In this document: in pieces, positions 51,208 through 59,739 of the stretch
How the letters are laid out: each line of letters starts with the position of its first letter
Numbering within the stretch: the stretch's first letter is position 1
DNA from: an uncultured Candidatus Saccharibacteria bacterium
Lineage (GTDB): Bacteria; Patescibacteriota; Minisyncoccia; Phycocordibacterales; UBA2135
Length of the DNA stretch: 64,000 nt
Direction of reading: 5' to 3'
Assembly: GCA_964348495.1 (NCBI GenBank)
Contig: CAYGCZ010000001.1
Coordinates: 7,951-71,950 of the forward strand
The notes under the pieces: model-generated
What the model was told of the DNA's origin: nothing
Database searches by the model: none
Seen by the model: the letters and a program-made list of their open reading frames with translations, nothing else
Position numbers and translations under genes: made by a program

Positions 51208-52140
51208 TCAACCCTCATAGGCCTTTTGTAACGCGGCAAGATCAAACTTCTTCATTGCAAGGAATGCTTTTGTAACGCGCGCCATGCGCTCTTTGTCGCC
51301 GCTTTTCATCATCTCGTCCATGGCACGGGGTACGATTTGCCACGAGACGCCATAGGCGTCTTTGAGCCAGCCACACTGTTCGGCCTCGGGGACGGCGGAG
51401 AGTTTTTGCCAATAGTAGTCTATCTCCGCCTGATCCTCGCAGTAGACCATGAGTGAGATCGCCTCGTTGAAGGCGAAGGCGTGTTTGTGCGCGCTCTCCA
51501 TCGCGGCGAACCATTGCCCCGCGAGCGTAAAGTCGGTGAACATGATATTGCCTTCTTTGTCGGGCTCCATGTCTTTGGGGTAATGGGCGATAGTTCCTCG
51601 TTGCGCGTCCTTAAATACCGAGAGGTAGAAGTTCGTCGCCTCCTCGGCCTTGCCGCACACGTCGCCGACAAACATGAGCGAAGGGGTGATGAACGGCCGC
51701 TTCTCACCTGTAGGGTCGGTGAGCATCAGTTGCCATGAGACGCCGTACTTGTCTTGTATCCAGCCATAGTGCTTGCTGAAGGGGTACGCTTGCAGGGGCA
51801 TGAGCGCGGTGCCGCCTTCGGAGAGTGTTGCCCACAGGGCATCCAAGTGTCCTCGCGCGTTTTCATCGTGCGAAGGGTCGAAGTTGAGGATGAACGACAC
51901 CGACGGGTTGATCTTGAAGAGCGGGCCGGCACTGATGGCGGCATAACGGTAGCCCGCGAGTTCAAAGACGACCGTCTCCACGGTGCCGGAGGGGGTGTCG
52001 TAGAGTGTGTTCTTGTTCACGATATGCGAGGCGCCTTGGGTGAGGGTTGAGGGGAGATTGGAAAACGCCGCGACATAGAACTCGGCCGCCTCGACGGCCT
52101 CTTTATTGAACCACAGGTGGGGAACTATTTTTTGTATCAT
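51208..52140 (-). CDS. tandem PhnB-like/VOC-fold (3-demethylubiquinone methyltransferase-like domain) protein
   Basis: Two repeats each starting HLWF/HYP...AEEA(T)EFY. Confidence 0.65.
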   Translation of the reverse strand: MIQKIVPHLWFNKEAVEAAEFYVAAFSNLPSTLTQGASHIVNKNTLYDTPSGTVETVVFELAGYRYAAISAGPLFKINPSVSFILNFDPSHDENARGHLDALWATLSEGGTALMPLQAYPFSKHYGWIQDKYGVSWQLMLTDPTGEKRPFITPSLMFVGDVCGKAEEATNFYLSVFKDAQRGTIAHYPKDMEPDKEGNIMFTDFTLAGQWFAAMESAHKHAFAFNEAISLMVYCEDQAEIDYYWQKLSAVPEAEQCGWLKDAYGVSWQIVPRAMDEMMKSGDKERMARVTKAFLAMKKFDLAALQKAYEG

Positions 52141-52306
52141 ATGTGCTCATTATACCCCTCTTGTCATTATGGTGTATGTGGGTAATGAAAAGAATCGTCA
52201 TGGAAGACGGGCCGGCGGGCGCATGCGCCCGCCGGTGTGTTGCGGCCTTTAGCAAAATAGCACACGCAGTAAAAAAGCCGATGCAAACCCAGCGGCTTTT
52301 TGGGTT

Positions 52307-52612
52307 CTATAGTTTTTTGGCGAGTTTCTGCACCGCGCCCTTCCACTTCTCTCCATCGGTTGTATCTATCTCCGCAAAAACGGCGAAGGGGAACTTCTTC
52401 AGGATCCACTTTCCACCATCTTTGTTGACCCATCGGTAGTGATGGGGCGTACGGCGGATCATCTCGCGCACTTTCACCGCAGCACCTTTGGATTGCTCGC
52501 TCCCTTTCCAAGAGGATGATGCGCCGCCGAAGAAGTCGTCGGCACTGTCGCGGTAGTCGGCTGTCAGGGCAATTATATATGGCAGGAGATTTTCAATCAA
52601 TGCTGCTATCAC
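52307..52612 (-). CDS. small hypothetical protein (DUF1801/YdhG-like?)
   Basis: 101 aa with no strong motif. A hairpin and T-tract lie 3' of it. Confidence 0.35.
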   Translation of the reverse strand: MIAALIENLLPYIIALTADYRDSADDFFGGASSSWKGSEQSKGAAVKVREMIRRTPHHYRWVNKDGGKWILKKFPFAVFAEIDTTDGEKWKGAVQKLAKKL

Positions 52613-52755
52613 GGGGACACCTCGCTTTTTTTAGGTTCTGGCTAACACTAACATGAGATAGGTAACACAGTACTGCCATAAGTATAGCAAACTATTTTTC
52701 AGAGAGTGGGGGTGGTGTAGATATCCGGGGATGGCGAGGTGACGGTGCGAATGTC

Positions 52756-52764
52756 TGCTATACT
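52756..52764 (+). promoter_or_regulatory. extended -10 promoter (TGcTATACT) 6 nt before the ATG, giving a leaderless mRNA
   Basis: tctgctatactgtcggtATG. The identical arrangement is found at 54240-54248. Confidence 0.45.
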
Positions 52765-52770
52765 GTCGGT

Positions 52771-53484
52771 ATGAACACATATAACAACAAGTACATCATT
52801 GCGGGGGTTGTTATTGTTTTTATTACCGTTGCGGGGATCTTATCGGTGCGCGGTGAACAAAAGGCGCCCGTTGCTCTGTCACCGGAGCGGGTATACACCG
52901 ATACAGAATATGACTACCACATTACCTATCCTGCAGATTGGCAGGTGAGCACCACGACACTCTTGATCAATTCTGGTGAGGCGGTTGTCGTGTTTCCTGC
53001 GGAACTCGTCGCCTTTCCAGAATGTCAGCAGAGGTTTGAAAAACTGCTTGAAAATCATAAGCAATACAATCCTATCGTTTCGGAAGCAAGCATCTACGAC
53101 AGCGCCCGTGCCGAATCGTGCAGTATTGGCATTACAACGTACAAAAATCCTCAGCATCTCTCAATCAAGGATTTCTTGCAAGATGGTTTTATGCGCGGTA
53201 CGGCATATCAGCAAGCCGATCTTGACCTCATTGCCACACTCACCACGGAGAAGACCGGCAGAGGTGAGGAAGTACTCTCCGATACGGCGTTCTATCTCCA
53301 CGGCTTTGGCGGAGGATATGATGGCGAGGTCGTCCCGGGCGTTATTGTGGGAAAACAGCAATTTATTATTGCGCATAATGATACGATTCTTTTTGTGCAC
53401 AACTCTATCAACCCCACCGATGCAACACTTCCCGGCAGTCACGATATTTTTGAAAAACTAATCAAAAGTATCACCTTCAATTAA
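52771..53484 (+). CDS. membrane-anchored secreted protein, paralog A (YNNKYIIAGVVIVFI N-terminus)
   Basis: N-terminal signal-anchor shared with 54255..54824, followed by YDYHITYPADW. Confidence 0.55.
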   Translation: MNTYNNKYIIAGVVIVFITVAGILSVRGEQKAPVALSPERVYTDTEYDYHITYPADWQVSTTTLLINSGEAVVVFPAELVAFPECQQRFEKLLENHKQYNPIVSEASIYDSARAESCSIGITTYKNPQHLSIKDFLQDGFMRGTAYQQADLDLIATLTTEKTGRGEEVLSDTAFYLHGFGGGYDGEVVPGVIVGKQQFIIAHNDTILFVHNSINPTDATLPGSHDIFEKLIKSITFN

Positions 53485-53519
53485 AAAAAGCCCGCGATAC
53501 TCGCGGGCTTTTACTGGTG

Positions 53520-54071
53520 TCACCAATAGTAATTCAGGTTTGAAGGATCAAGGAAGTACTCGGGGTAGGCAGGATCTCCTCCGCATGAAGTATTTTCAGG
53601 AAGTCGACCCCTGTTGGCGATATTGGAGTAAGAAGTATTTCGCACTCCAAAATGAAGATGGGATCCTCCACTATGGTTGTTCACCTCTCCTATCTTTTGT
53701 CCCATGGATACCGATTGTCCGTAACTCACGACTGGTTTGATGTGATGATAGGTGCTCGTCCATGAACTGTGTGAGACGGTAACAAAGTTTCTCTCGTCAG
53801 AGGGATTGTTGTTGTATATCACAACAACCGCTATTGTCCCCGCGTATGCGCTTTCCACTTTTGTGCCGATGGGTGCGGATATATCAATCGCTGTATGAAG
53901 CTGGCGATTGCTTCCGCAATACTGGTTTTGCCAGTGTTCTCCCGGGACGGAGGTAATGATCCATGTATCGGGTAGGCCTGGCAACGGCCATTCTAGGGTG
54001 GGGATAGCCATACACACACTGCTGATAACGGCACATCCTAGAAACAAACATGCTTTTTTGAACAGTTTCAT
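53520..54071 (-). CDS. M23-family metallopeptidase (secreted), copy 1
   Basis: Signal peptide, HTAID (HxxxD) and GSHLHFGV (HxH) motifs. Confidence 0.75.
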   Translation of the reverse strand: MKLFKKACLFLGCAVISSVCMAIPTLEWPLPGLPDTWIITSVPGEHWQNQYCGSNRQLHTAIDISAPIGTKVESAYAGTIAVVVIYNNNPSDERNFVTVSHSSWTSTYHHIKPVVSYGQSVSMGQKIGEVNNHSGGSHLHFGVRNTSYSNIANRGRLPENTSCGGDPAYPEYFLDPSNLNYYW

Positions 54072-54178
54072 CTCACACCTCCTCGGTGTTTTTGGTTAAA
54101 GAACAAGAAAGAACACAACAACAAAAAACGGGGGCCATGTGCCGCGCAGAGCGCAGTACACAACCCCCGTTAGTGTTG
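54072..54178 (-). promoter_or_regulatory. conserved ~107-nt 5' leader with stem-loop, shared by both M23 genes
   Basis: Near-identical to 55441-55550. On the mRNA strand there is an aacggggg...cccccgtt stem, then ccaaaaacaccgaggaggtgtgagATG. Confidence 0.55.
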
Positions 54179-54239
54179 GGGGGTACTGTAGCATGAGCTA
54201 GAAATTTTTGCAAAGTTGAGATAAAAAAGTGTGGCAATC

Positions 54240-54248
54240 TGCTATACT
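54240..54248 (+). promoter_or_regulatory. extended -10 promoter, leaderless arrangement
   Basis: tctgctatactggcgatATG. Confidence 0.45.
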
Positions 54249-54254
54249 GGCGAT

Positions 54255-54824
54255 ATGAAAAAATATAACAACAAGTACATCATCGCTGGGGTTGTTATTG
54301 TTTTTATTGTCGTGGCAGGCGTGTTGCTCGCGCGTGGCGGGGGTGATGAAGGAGTATGGAAAGCACATTCTGAAATAGTTGACGCCACCCATACAAAATA
54401 TATCAACGAAACCCTTGGTTTTTCATTGGTATATCCCTCTGATGTATATCTGGATGATGATGCGCGCCGTCGATCGGTCATCGTCACGACGCTCGCTCCT
54501 GATGATTCGTTGCGGAGAACCGATGCGTTCATCCTGAATTCTCTGCATATCGCACTGCATTCAGAAACAGACTATGCGACATTCGTGCGAGACTATCAAA
54601 CTCGCTCAAGAGAAAAGGATACCTACCCTGACATGATTCTTACGGAAACGCATGTTGCAACATTTCCTGCGGTCCGTGTCAGTTATACAGATCCGTTTTC
54701 CGGTAGTCCCGCACTCCTTTTTATAGTCAATGGAGTACAAGGGGTTTTTACCGTGAGTTATTTTGTCGATGCTGACAACGCCGAAATATATGAAAAGATA
54801 CTCGATGACATGATCCGCCTCTAA
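54255..54824 (+). CDS. membrane-anchored secreted protein, paralog B
   Basis: MKKYNNKYIIAGVVIVFIVVAGVLL...GFSLVYPSDVY. The ATG at 54255 lies inside the ORF 54231..54824. Confidence 0.55.
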   Translation: MKKYNNKYIIAGVVIVFIVVAGVLLARGGGDEGVWKAHSEIVDATHTKYINETLGFSLVYPSDVYLDDDARRRSVIVTTLAPDDSLRRTDAFILNSLHIALHSETDYATFVRDYQTRSREKDTYPDMILTETHVATFPAVRVSYTDPFSGSPALLFIVNGVQGVFTVSYFVDADNAEIYEKILDDMIRL

Positions 54825-54879
54825 TTTTTGAGAGACACTAAAAAACGGCTCTGCGTAGTGCAGGGCCGTTTGCGCTCCA

Positions 54880-55440
54880 TTAATTAGGATTGTTTTCGTA
54901 TTGAAGCGACATCGGATTTATAAAAGAACTCGGGAATGCGGGATAACCACCACAAGCAGTTTGTGGTAATGCTCCTACATTGGAGGCGTTTGAATATGCC
55001 GCCTCTCGGACACCAAAATGAAAATGAGTGCCACTTGCAAGGTATCCCACATACCCAATGAGTGATCCTTTATTCACCCACGTATTTGCTGATACAGCCG
55101 GGTTAATGTGCCAATAGACCGTCGTCAATAAGAAGGTGTGTGTCGGTGCATGGTCTATCGTTACAAAACCGACCCATGTTGAGTTGGTCTGTGCCACTTT
55201 TACCCATCCGTCATATGCGGCATATACCGGCTCACCAACGTATGACTCAACATCAACGCCCGTATGTTTTTTAACAAGTCCGTTGCAGTATCCCTCATAC
55301 CAATTACTACCAAAGGAGTAGCCGGTAACAGTCCTATTTTTGATATTTCCTGAAACCGGCGACTCTAGCGTCCATGCCGATGCAATGGTTGTGGAAAATA
55401 CAAGGACAAGAGCGACAACAATTTTTGAAAGAACATTCAT
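54880..55440 (-). CDS. M23-family metallopeptidase (secreted), copy 2
   Basis: HTGVD and GTHFHFGV motifs, with the C-terminal ACGGYPAFP resembling copy 1. Confidence 0.75.
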   Translation of the reverse strand: MNVLSKIVVALVLVFSTTIASAWTLESPVSGNIKNRTVTGYSFGSNWYEGYCNGLVKKHTGVDVESYVGEPVYAAYDGWVKVAQTNSTWVGFVTIDHAPTHTFLLTTVYWHINPAVSANTWVNKGSLIGYVGYLASGTHFHFGVREAAYSNASNVGALPQTACGGYPAFPSSFINPMSLQYENNPN

Positions 55441-55550
55441 CTCACACCCCCTCGGTGTTTTTGGCTAAAGAACAAGAAAGAACACAACAACAAAAACGGG
55501 GGCCGTGTACTCCGCGCCGAAGCGTTTCGTACACAACCCCCGTTAGTGTT
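55441..55550 (-). promoter_or_regulatory. second copy of the conserved M23 5' leader
   Basis: See 54072-54178. Confidence 0.55.
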
Positions 55551-55602
55551 GAGACTAGAGTAACATAGGGGAGGGGTGGGTGCAATGCTCTGTATGGTAA
55601 AT

Positions 55603-55631
55603 TTGCAAAAATAAACACCATGTGCTAGTAT
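55603..55631 (+). promoter_or_regulatory. sigma70-like promoter of the small peptide gene
   Basis: TTGCAA, a 17-nt spacer, then TAGTAT. Confidence 0.45.
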
Positions 55632-55699
55632 CATGATTACCTTTAGGATGGGCCTAAGGGGGTACCTTTCAACCCGATGAACAACAAGAGGAGAACTTT

Positions 55700-55783
55700 A
55701 TGTTTATTCATCAAAACGGCGGCTGTGACGGCGACGGTAGTTGCGGAGACGGCCAATCAGGCGGTACCGGCTGCGGTCATTAG
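55700..55783 (+). CDS. 27-aa Cys/Gly/Asp-rich peptide MFIHQNGGCDGDGSCGDGQSGGTGCGH
   Basis: GAGGAG RBS 7 nt upstream, a promoter upstream, and a perfect terminator immediately downstream. Not in the ORF track because it is under 60 aa. Confidence 0.5.
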   Translation: MFIHQNGGCDGDGSCGDGQSGGTGCGH

Positions 55784-55795
55784 AACAGGCGCACA

Positions 55796-55829
55796 GGCCA
55801 CCATCAAGAAGATGGTGGCCTTTTTTATT
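55796..55829 (+). terminator. intrinsic terminator
   Basis: ggccaccatc-aagaa-gatggtggcc followed by ttttttatt. Confidence 0.8.
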
Positions 55830-55947
55830 AGCAGCATAGAGCGAGTGAGATGAGAAAACGAAGCGAAACTGAGTTTTCTCATTTCCGAGCCGAGGAGCTA
55901 CTATAGGTTCACTACCGCGCGGCTCTGCCCCGAGGGACTATATTACA
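55824..55947. repeat. Repeat family B copy 2
   Basis: About 85% identical to 18571..18693. The terminal hairpin is degenerate in this copy. Confidence 0.85.
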
Positions 55948-55973
55948 TATGAACCTAAGGTATACTTATATAC

Positions 55974-57779
55974 ATGGAACAGCACTACACTATTGAAGAC
56001 TTTTTATACGTACATTCTGCCGGAGGCGGTTCTTTTAGTCCCGACGGTTCACATATTGCATACCTAAGCAATGAGACAGGGACATGGCAAGTTTTTCTTA
56101 TCCCGACAGTAGGTGGTGATTCCGAGCAGCTTACCCATTTTCAGGATCCTGTATCATTCGTGCGCTTCTCTCCCACTGAGAACATTTGTATATTTGGAAA
56201 AGCTGAGAATGGTAGTGAACAGACACAACTCTTTCTTTTTGACCTTAAGACGCGAAAAAGTACACAGATAACTACAGCACCAAACATGCAACATCGTTTT
56301 GGTGGATGGTCACCAGATGGGAAATATATCTGCTTTGCATCAAACGAAAGAAATGGCGTAGATTTCGATGTGTATACCTTGGAGATTGCAACGAAAAAAA
56401 AGATATGTGTCTTCACTATGGGTGGCAGATGCTTTGCGGAAGGCTTTTCTCCGCGCGGTACATACCTTGTTGTGCGAAAAGTGCATGCCCACGCCAACAC
56501 AGATCAATATCTCTGCAACCTCGCAACAGGCATAATCACCAATCTCACTCCTCACGACGGCGATGTCGTACATGAGGGATCTTTTTGGCTTCCGGACGAA
56601 TCAGGTTTCTTTCGTCTGGAGAATACAGACAGGGAGTTCGTCGGCCTTGCGCAGTACTCGATACGTGAACGATGCTCGCGATATGTACTTACTCCAGATT
56701 GGGATGTTGAGGATGTTGCAGTAGATAAACATGGCAAAAAGATAGCGGTTGGAATAAATAACAACGGCTCCCGCGAAGTAACGCTCTACGCCATAGGCAC
56801 ATACGATACGCCTGCCTGCACGTTGTCGGATAACGCACTCTATCAAATACAATTTTCTCAAGATGGCTCACACATAGCATACAATAAGGGCGGCGCACGG
56901 CATGCTCTTGACCTCTGGGTGCTTAACATCGTCAACGAAACACAGTGCCAACTTACACACAGTAATCAGGGTGTTCCTGCGAAAATAATGATTGAGCCGG
57001 AAATGATACACACTACATCATTCGACGGGCGCTCTATTCCCGCGTACCTCTATAAACCAAAAAGACGGAAGAGTGAAAAACAACTCCCCGTCGTTATGTT
57101 TATCCATGGCGGTCCGGATGAGCAATTCAGACCACTCTACCACCCTATCTTGCAGTACTTGGTTTATAGCGGGTATGCGGTTGTTGCTCCAAATATACGT
57201 GGAAGTGCGGGGTATGGTAAGACCTACATGACACTTGATAATAAAGAAAAGCGCATGGATTCTGTAAAAGACATTGTCGCCGTGCGTGATTATATAGCGA
57301 ATGATTCTGACTTAGATGAAGATACCATTGCGCTCTATGGGATAAGCTATGGTGGCTTCATGGTCTTGGCATCCATGGCTTTTTATCCAAAGTTATGGGC
57401 GGCGGGAATTTCTATCGCCGGCATATCCAACTTTGTTACATACATGGAACATACCGCCCCCTATCGACGCATGTTGCGTGAAGCTGAATACGGCTCTTTG
57501 GAGCACGACAAAAAACTCTTGGAAGCACTCTCGCCCATTCACTCAATTCAAAACATACAGGCCCCTTTATTACTTATCCACGGCGCGAACGATCCGCGTG
57601 TCCCACTTGCAGAAGCAGAACAGGTTTTGAAAGTACTAAGGAGTGAAAAAAAAGAGGTTGACCTGCTCGTGTATGACGATGAAGGGCATGGTCTTGCAAA
57701 ACGTAAGAACAAGCTTGATGCCTACCCTAAAATGATTACGTTTCTTAACAAGGCGATAGGGTTATCTGACAGGCTCTAA
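55974..57779 (+). CDS. S9-family serine peptidase (prolyl oligopeptidase / acylaminoacyl-peptidase type) with N-terminal beta-propeller
   Basis: GISYGGFMV nucleophile elbow, with D and H in HGANDPRVP...DDEGHG. Confidence 0.88.
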   Translation: MEQHYTIEDFLYVHSAGGGSFSPDGSHIAYLSNETGTWQVFLIPTVGGDSEQLTHFQDPVSFVRFSPTENICIFGKAENGSEQTQLFLFDLKTRKSTQITTAPNMQHRFGGWSPDGKYICFASNERNGVDFDVYTLEIATKKKICVFTMGGRCFAEGFSPRGTYLVVRKVHAHANTDQYLCNLATGIITNLTPHDGDVVHEGSFWLPDESGFFRLENTDREFVGLAQYSIRERCSRYVLTPDWDVEDVAVDKHGKKIAVGINNNGSREVTLYAIGTYDTPACTLSDNALYQIQFSQDGSHIAYNKGGARHALDLWVLNIVNETQCQLTHSNQGVPAKIMIEPEMIHTTSFDGRSIPAYLYKPKRRKSEKQLPVVMFIHGGPDEQFRPLYHPILQYLVYSGYAVVAPNIRGSAGYGKTYMTLDNKEKRMDSVKDIVAVRDYIANDSDLDEDTIALYGISYGGFMVLASMAFYPKLWAAGISIAGISNFVTYMEHTAPYRRMLREAEYGSLEHDKKLLEALSPIHSIQNIQAPLLLIHGANDPRVPLAEAEQVLKVLRSEKKEVDLLVYDDEGHGLAKRKNKLDAYPKMITFLNKAIGLSDRL

Positions 57780-57798
57780 AGCAGAGGATGGTCATATA

Positions 57799-58593
57799 GT
57801 GCATAATAAAGACATGCGGGCGTTTCTTGTTGAGTTCTGGAGTTTCTTTGTCGCCAATCTGCGGGCGACGTATTTTGGCGTCTTTCTCCTCGCCATATTC
57901 TTGGCGACTGAGTTTGTTACCGTGCCGTTTATAAGCCGCTACGACCTCATTTTTCTTTCCGCGGTCGCTTTCCAGATTGTGGCTTTGGTGTTTCGGTTTG
58001 AACGGTTGCGAGAGTTTTTTGTGATCATCATCTTCCACTTCTTGGCGACGATCATGGAACTGTTCAAAACACATCCCGCAATCGGCTCATGGACCTATCC
58101 GGGGGTGGGGGAAGCGGTCTTCGTCATCGGCACTGTGCCGCTCTTCGCCGGTTTCCTCTACTCCGCGGTCGGAAGTTTTATCTCGCGCGCCTTTGTCTTT
58201 CTCAAACTCTCCTATGAGCGCTTTCCCGCGTATAGCCACGTATGGGTGCTTGCGACACTTATCTATCTCAATTTTTTCACGCACCATTTTTTCTACGACA
58301 TACGGTACCTCTTGTTTGCATACATCGCCGTCATCTTTTGGCGTACGACGGTACATTTTCAGGTATCTGCAAAGCGGCGCAGTATGCCCTTTTTGGCAGC
58401 CGCTTTTTTCACCGCGCTGTTTGTCTGGGTCGCGGAGAATGTGAGCACCTTCACGCATATCTGGCTCTATCCAAGCCAGCTTTCCGGCTGGCACCTCGTC
58501 TCCCCGGAAAAAATCGGCTCATGGTTCCTCTTACTCATCTTGAGCTTTGCGCTCGTGTCGCTCATATACAGGGATACGTTGAAAAGGGGGTAG
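57799..58593 (+). CDS. DUF817-like polytopic membrane protein
   Basis: About 8 TM segments. Its last 28 codons lie within the 88-bp direct repeat. Confidence 0.55.
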   Translation: MHNKDMRAFLVEFWSFFVANLRATYFGVFLLAIFLATEFVTVPFISRYDLIFLSAVAFQIVALVFRFERLREFFVIIIFHFLATIMELFKTHPAIGSWTYPGVGEAVFVIGTVPLFAGFLYSAVGSFISRAFVFLKLSYERFPAYSHVWVLATLIYLNFFTHHFFYDIRYLLFAYIAVIFWRTTVHFQVSAKRRSMPFLAAAFFTALFVWVAENVSTFTHIWLYPSQLSGWHLVSPEKIGSWFLLLILSFALVSLIYRDTLKRG

Positions 58594-58600
58594 GGGGGTG
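58513..58600 (+). repeat. 88-bp direct repeat, left copy (3' end of the DUF817 gene)
   Basis: About 94% identical to 61250..61337. Confidence 0.9.
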
Positions 58601-58662
58601 GCGCGCACTGTAGAGAGATGGATAAAAAAAGATCGCCTTGAGGAAGGCGATCGTATGTAATC

Positions 58663-59739
58663 TTATACACAAAGGAGGCGGCGTAGCGAGGTAATCGACA
58701 TAGTATCGATATTCTTAACGACAGTATCGCGCATCTTCGGAAAAATACTTCCATGCAGCGCGAACTCCTTTCGTCCTGACAGCGCCGACCACAACAAGGC
58801 GTTTGTGATGCGTACAGAACCAAAACGTTCAACAGACTGCCCTATGGTTACCACACCATGAATGGGGATGAAAGATACTTTTGGAAGGCAGTAGATATGT
58901 GTCGGCACAGGTACTTCGATGAGTGCTGAGACGGCCGAGAGTATTGCCGCTTGATGAAGTATCGACGTGCCGACCACGAGGTGTGTGAGGATGTATTTTT
59001 TTTCAGAAAGCCATTTTGAAAAAAACCACCACACCAAATCATTGTCGATATTCCAATCATATCCGCCAAGTCGCACACTATGTCTTCGGGGGGTACTGCG
59101 CGAAATCAAAAGTCTTGCTCCTGCGAGTTTTTTCATCTTCGCCTCAAATTCTCGCGCGGCCCATGAAGGGAATACTTTTGGCGTGGAGGGTTTCGGCAAT
59201 GGCGCTGTAACAAGCACCTGTTTGCGAATTTTTATGATACGCGTATGGCAACACATCGAGTATCCCTCATGTACGAGCGTCTTGGAACCGTACAAATCGA
59301 TACCATCAAAGTATTCGATCATACCGCATGAACATCGACGAATATTGCGAGTTTCTACGCCGATCAAATTCTTCTTAAAGAGGGTTTGCAACAAAGTACT
59401 CATGGAGTTGTGGTCGATAGTTTCATCGTTCCATCGGACATTCGGTTGTATACCAAGAATATCCAACGTACTCTCCATGAGATGAATAGTCGATACATCC
59501 GCACTCTTTCCAAGGGTGTTTAATGCCGCTATCGTCTGCATATTCTCTGTCATACCGAGATGGTAAACAAAGGAAAATAAGCTGTAGAACCCGGGCTTTT
59601 TTGCATGGGATGGAGATACGGGAAGCGTGGTTGCCACTGGAATCATCGGAATGTCTCCTTTGTGATTGTCGTCTGTGGACGATGGTAGCACATGGTAGAC
59701 GCTACGGGAAGTACAACAAGGAACCTCAACCAATCTCAC
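58663..59739 (-). CDS. hypothetical protein with C-x-C...CC cluster (unknown family)
   Basis: 358 aa. 14-nt overlap with the upstream NTase gene. It has HLGM...KMKKL, which faintly echoes class-I aaRS HIGH/KMSKS motifs, but this is not trusted. Confidence 0.4.
   Translation of the reverse strand: MRLVEVPCCTSRSVYHVLPSSTDDNHKGDIPMIPVATTLPVSPSHAKKPGFYSLFSFVYHLGMTENMQTIAALNTLGKSADVSTIHLMESTLDILGIQPNVRWNDETIDHNSMSTLLQTLFKKNLIGVETRNIRRCSCGMIEYFDGIDLYGSKTLVHEGYSMCCHTRIIKIRKQVLVTAPLPKPSTPKVFPSWAAREFEAKMKKLAGARLLISRSTPRRHSVRLGGYDWNIDNDLVWWFFSKWLSEKKYILTHLVVGTSILHQAAILSAVSALIEVPVPTHIYCLPKVSFIPIHGVVTIGQSVERFGSVRITNALLWSALSGRKEFALHGSIFPKMRDTVVKNIDTMSITSLRRLLCV

Noticed and set aside
58663-59739. Calling the 358-aa island protein a class-I aminoacyl-tRNA-synthetase-like enzyme on the basis of HLGM...KMKKL
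   Set aside because: The motif spacing and surrounding residues do not convincingly match the HIGH/KMSKS context. It is left as unknown pending a profile search.
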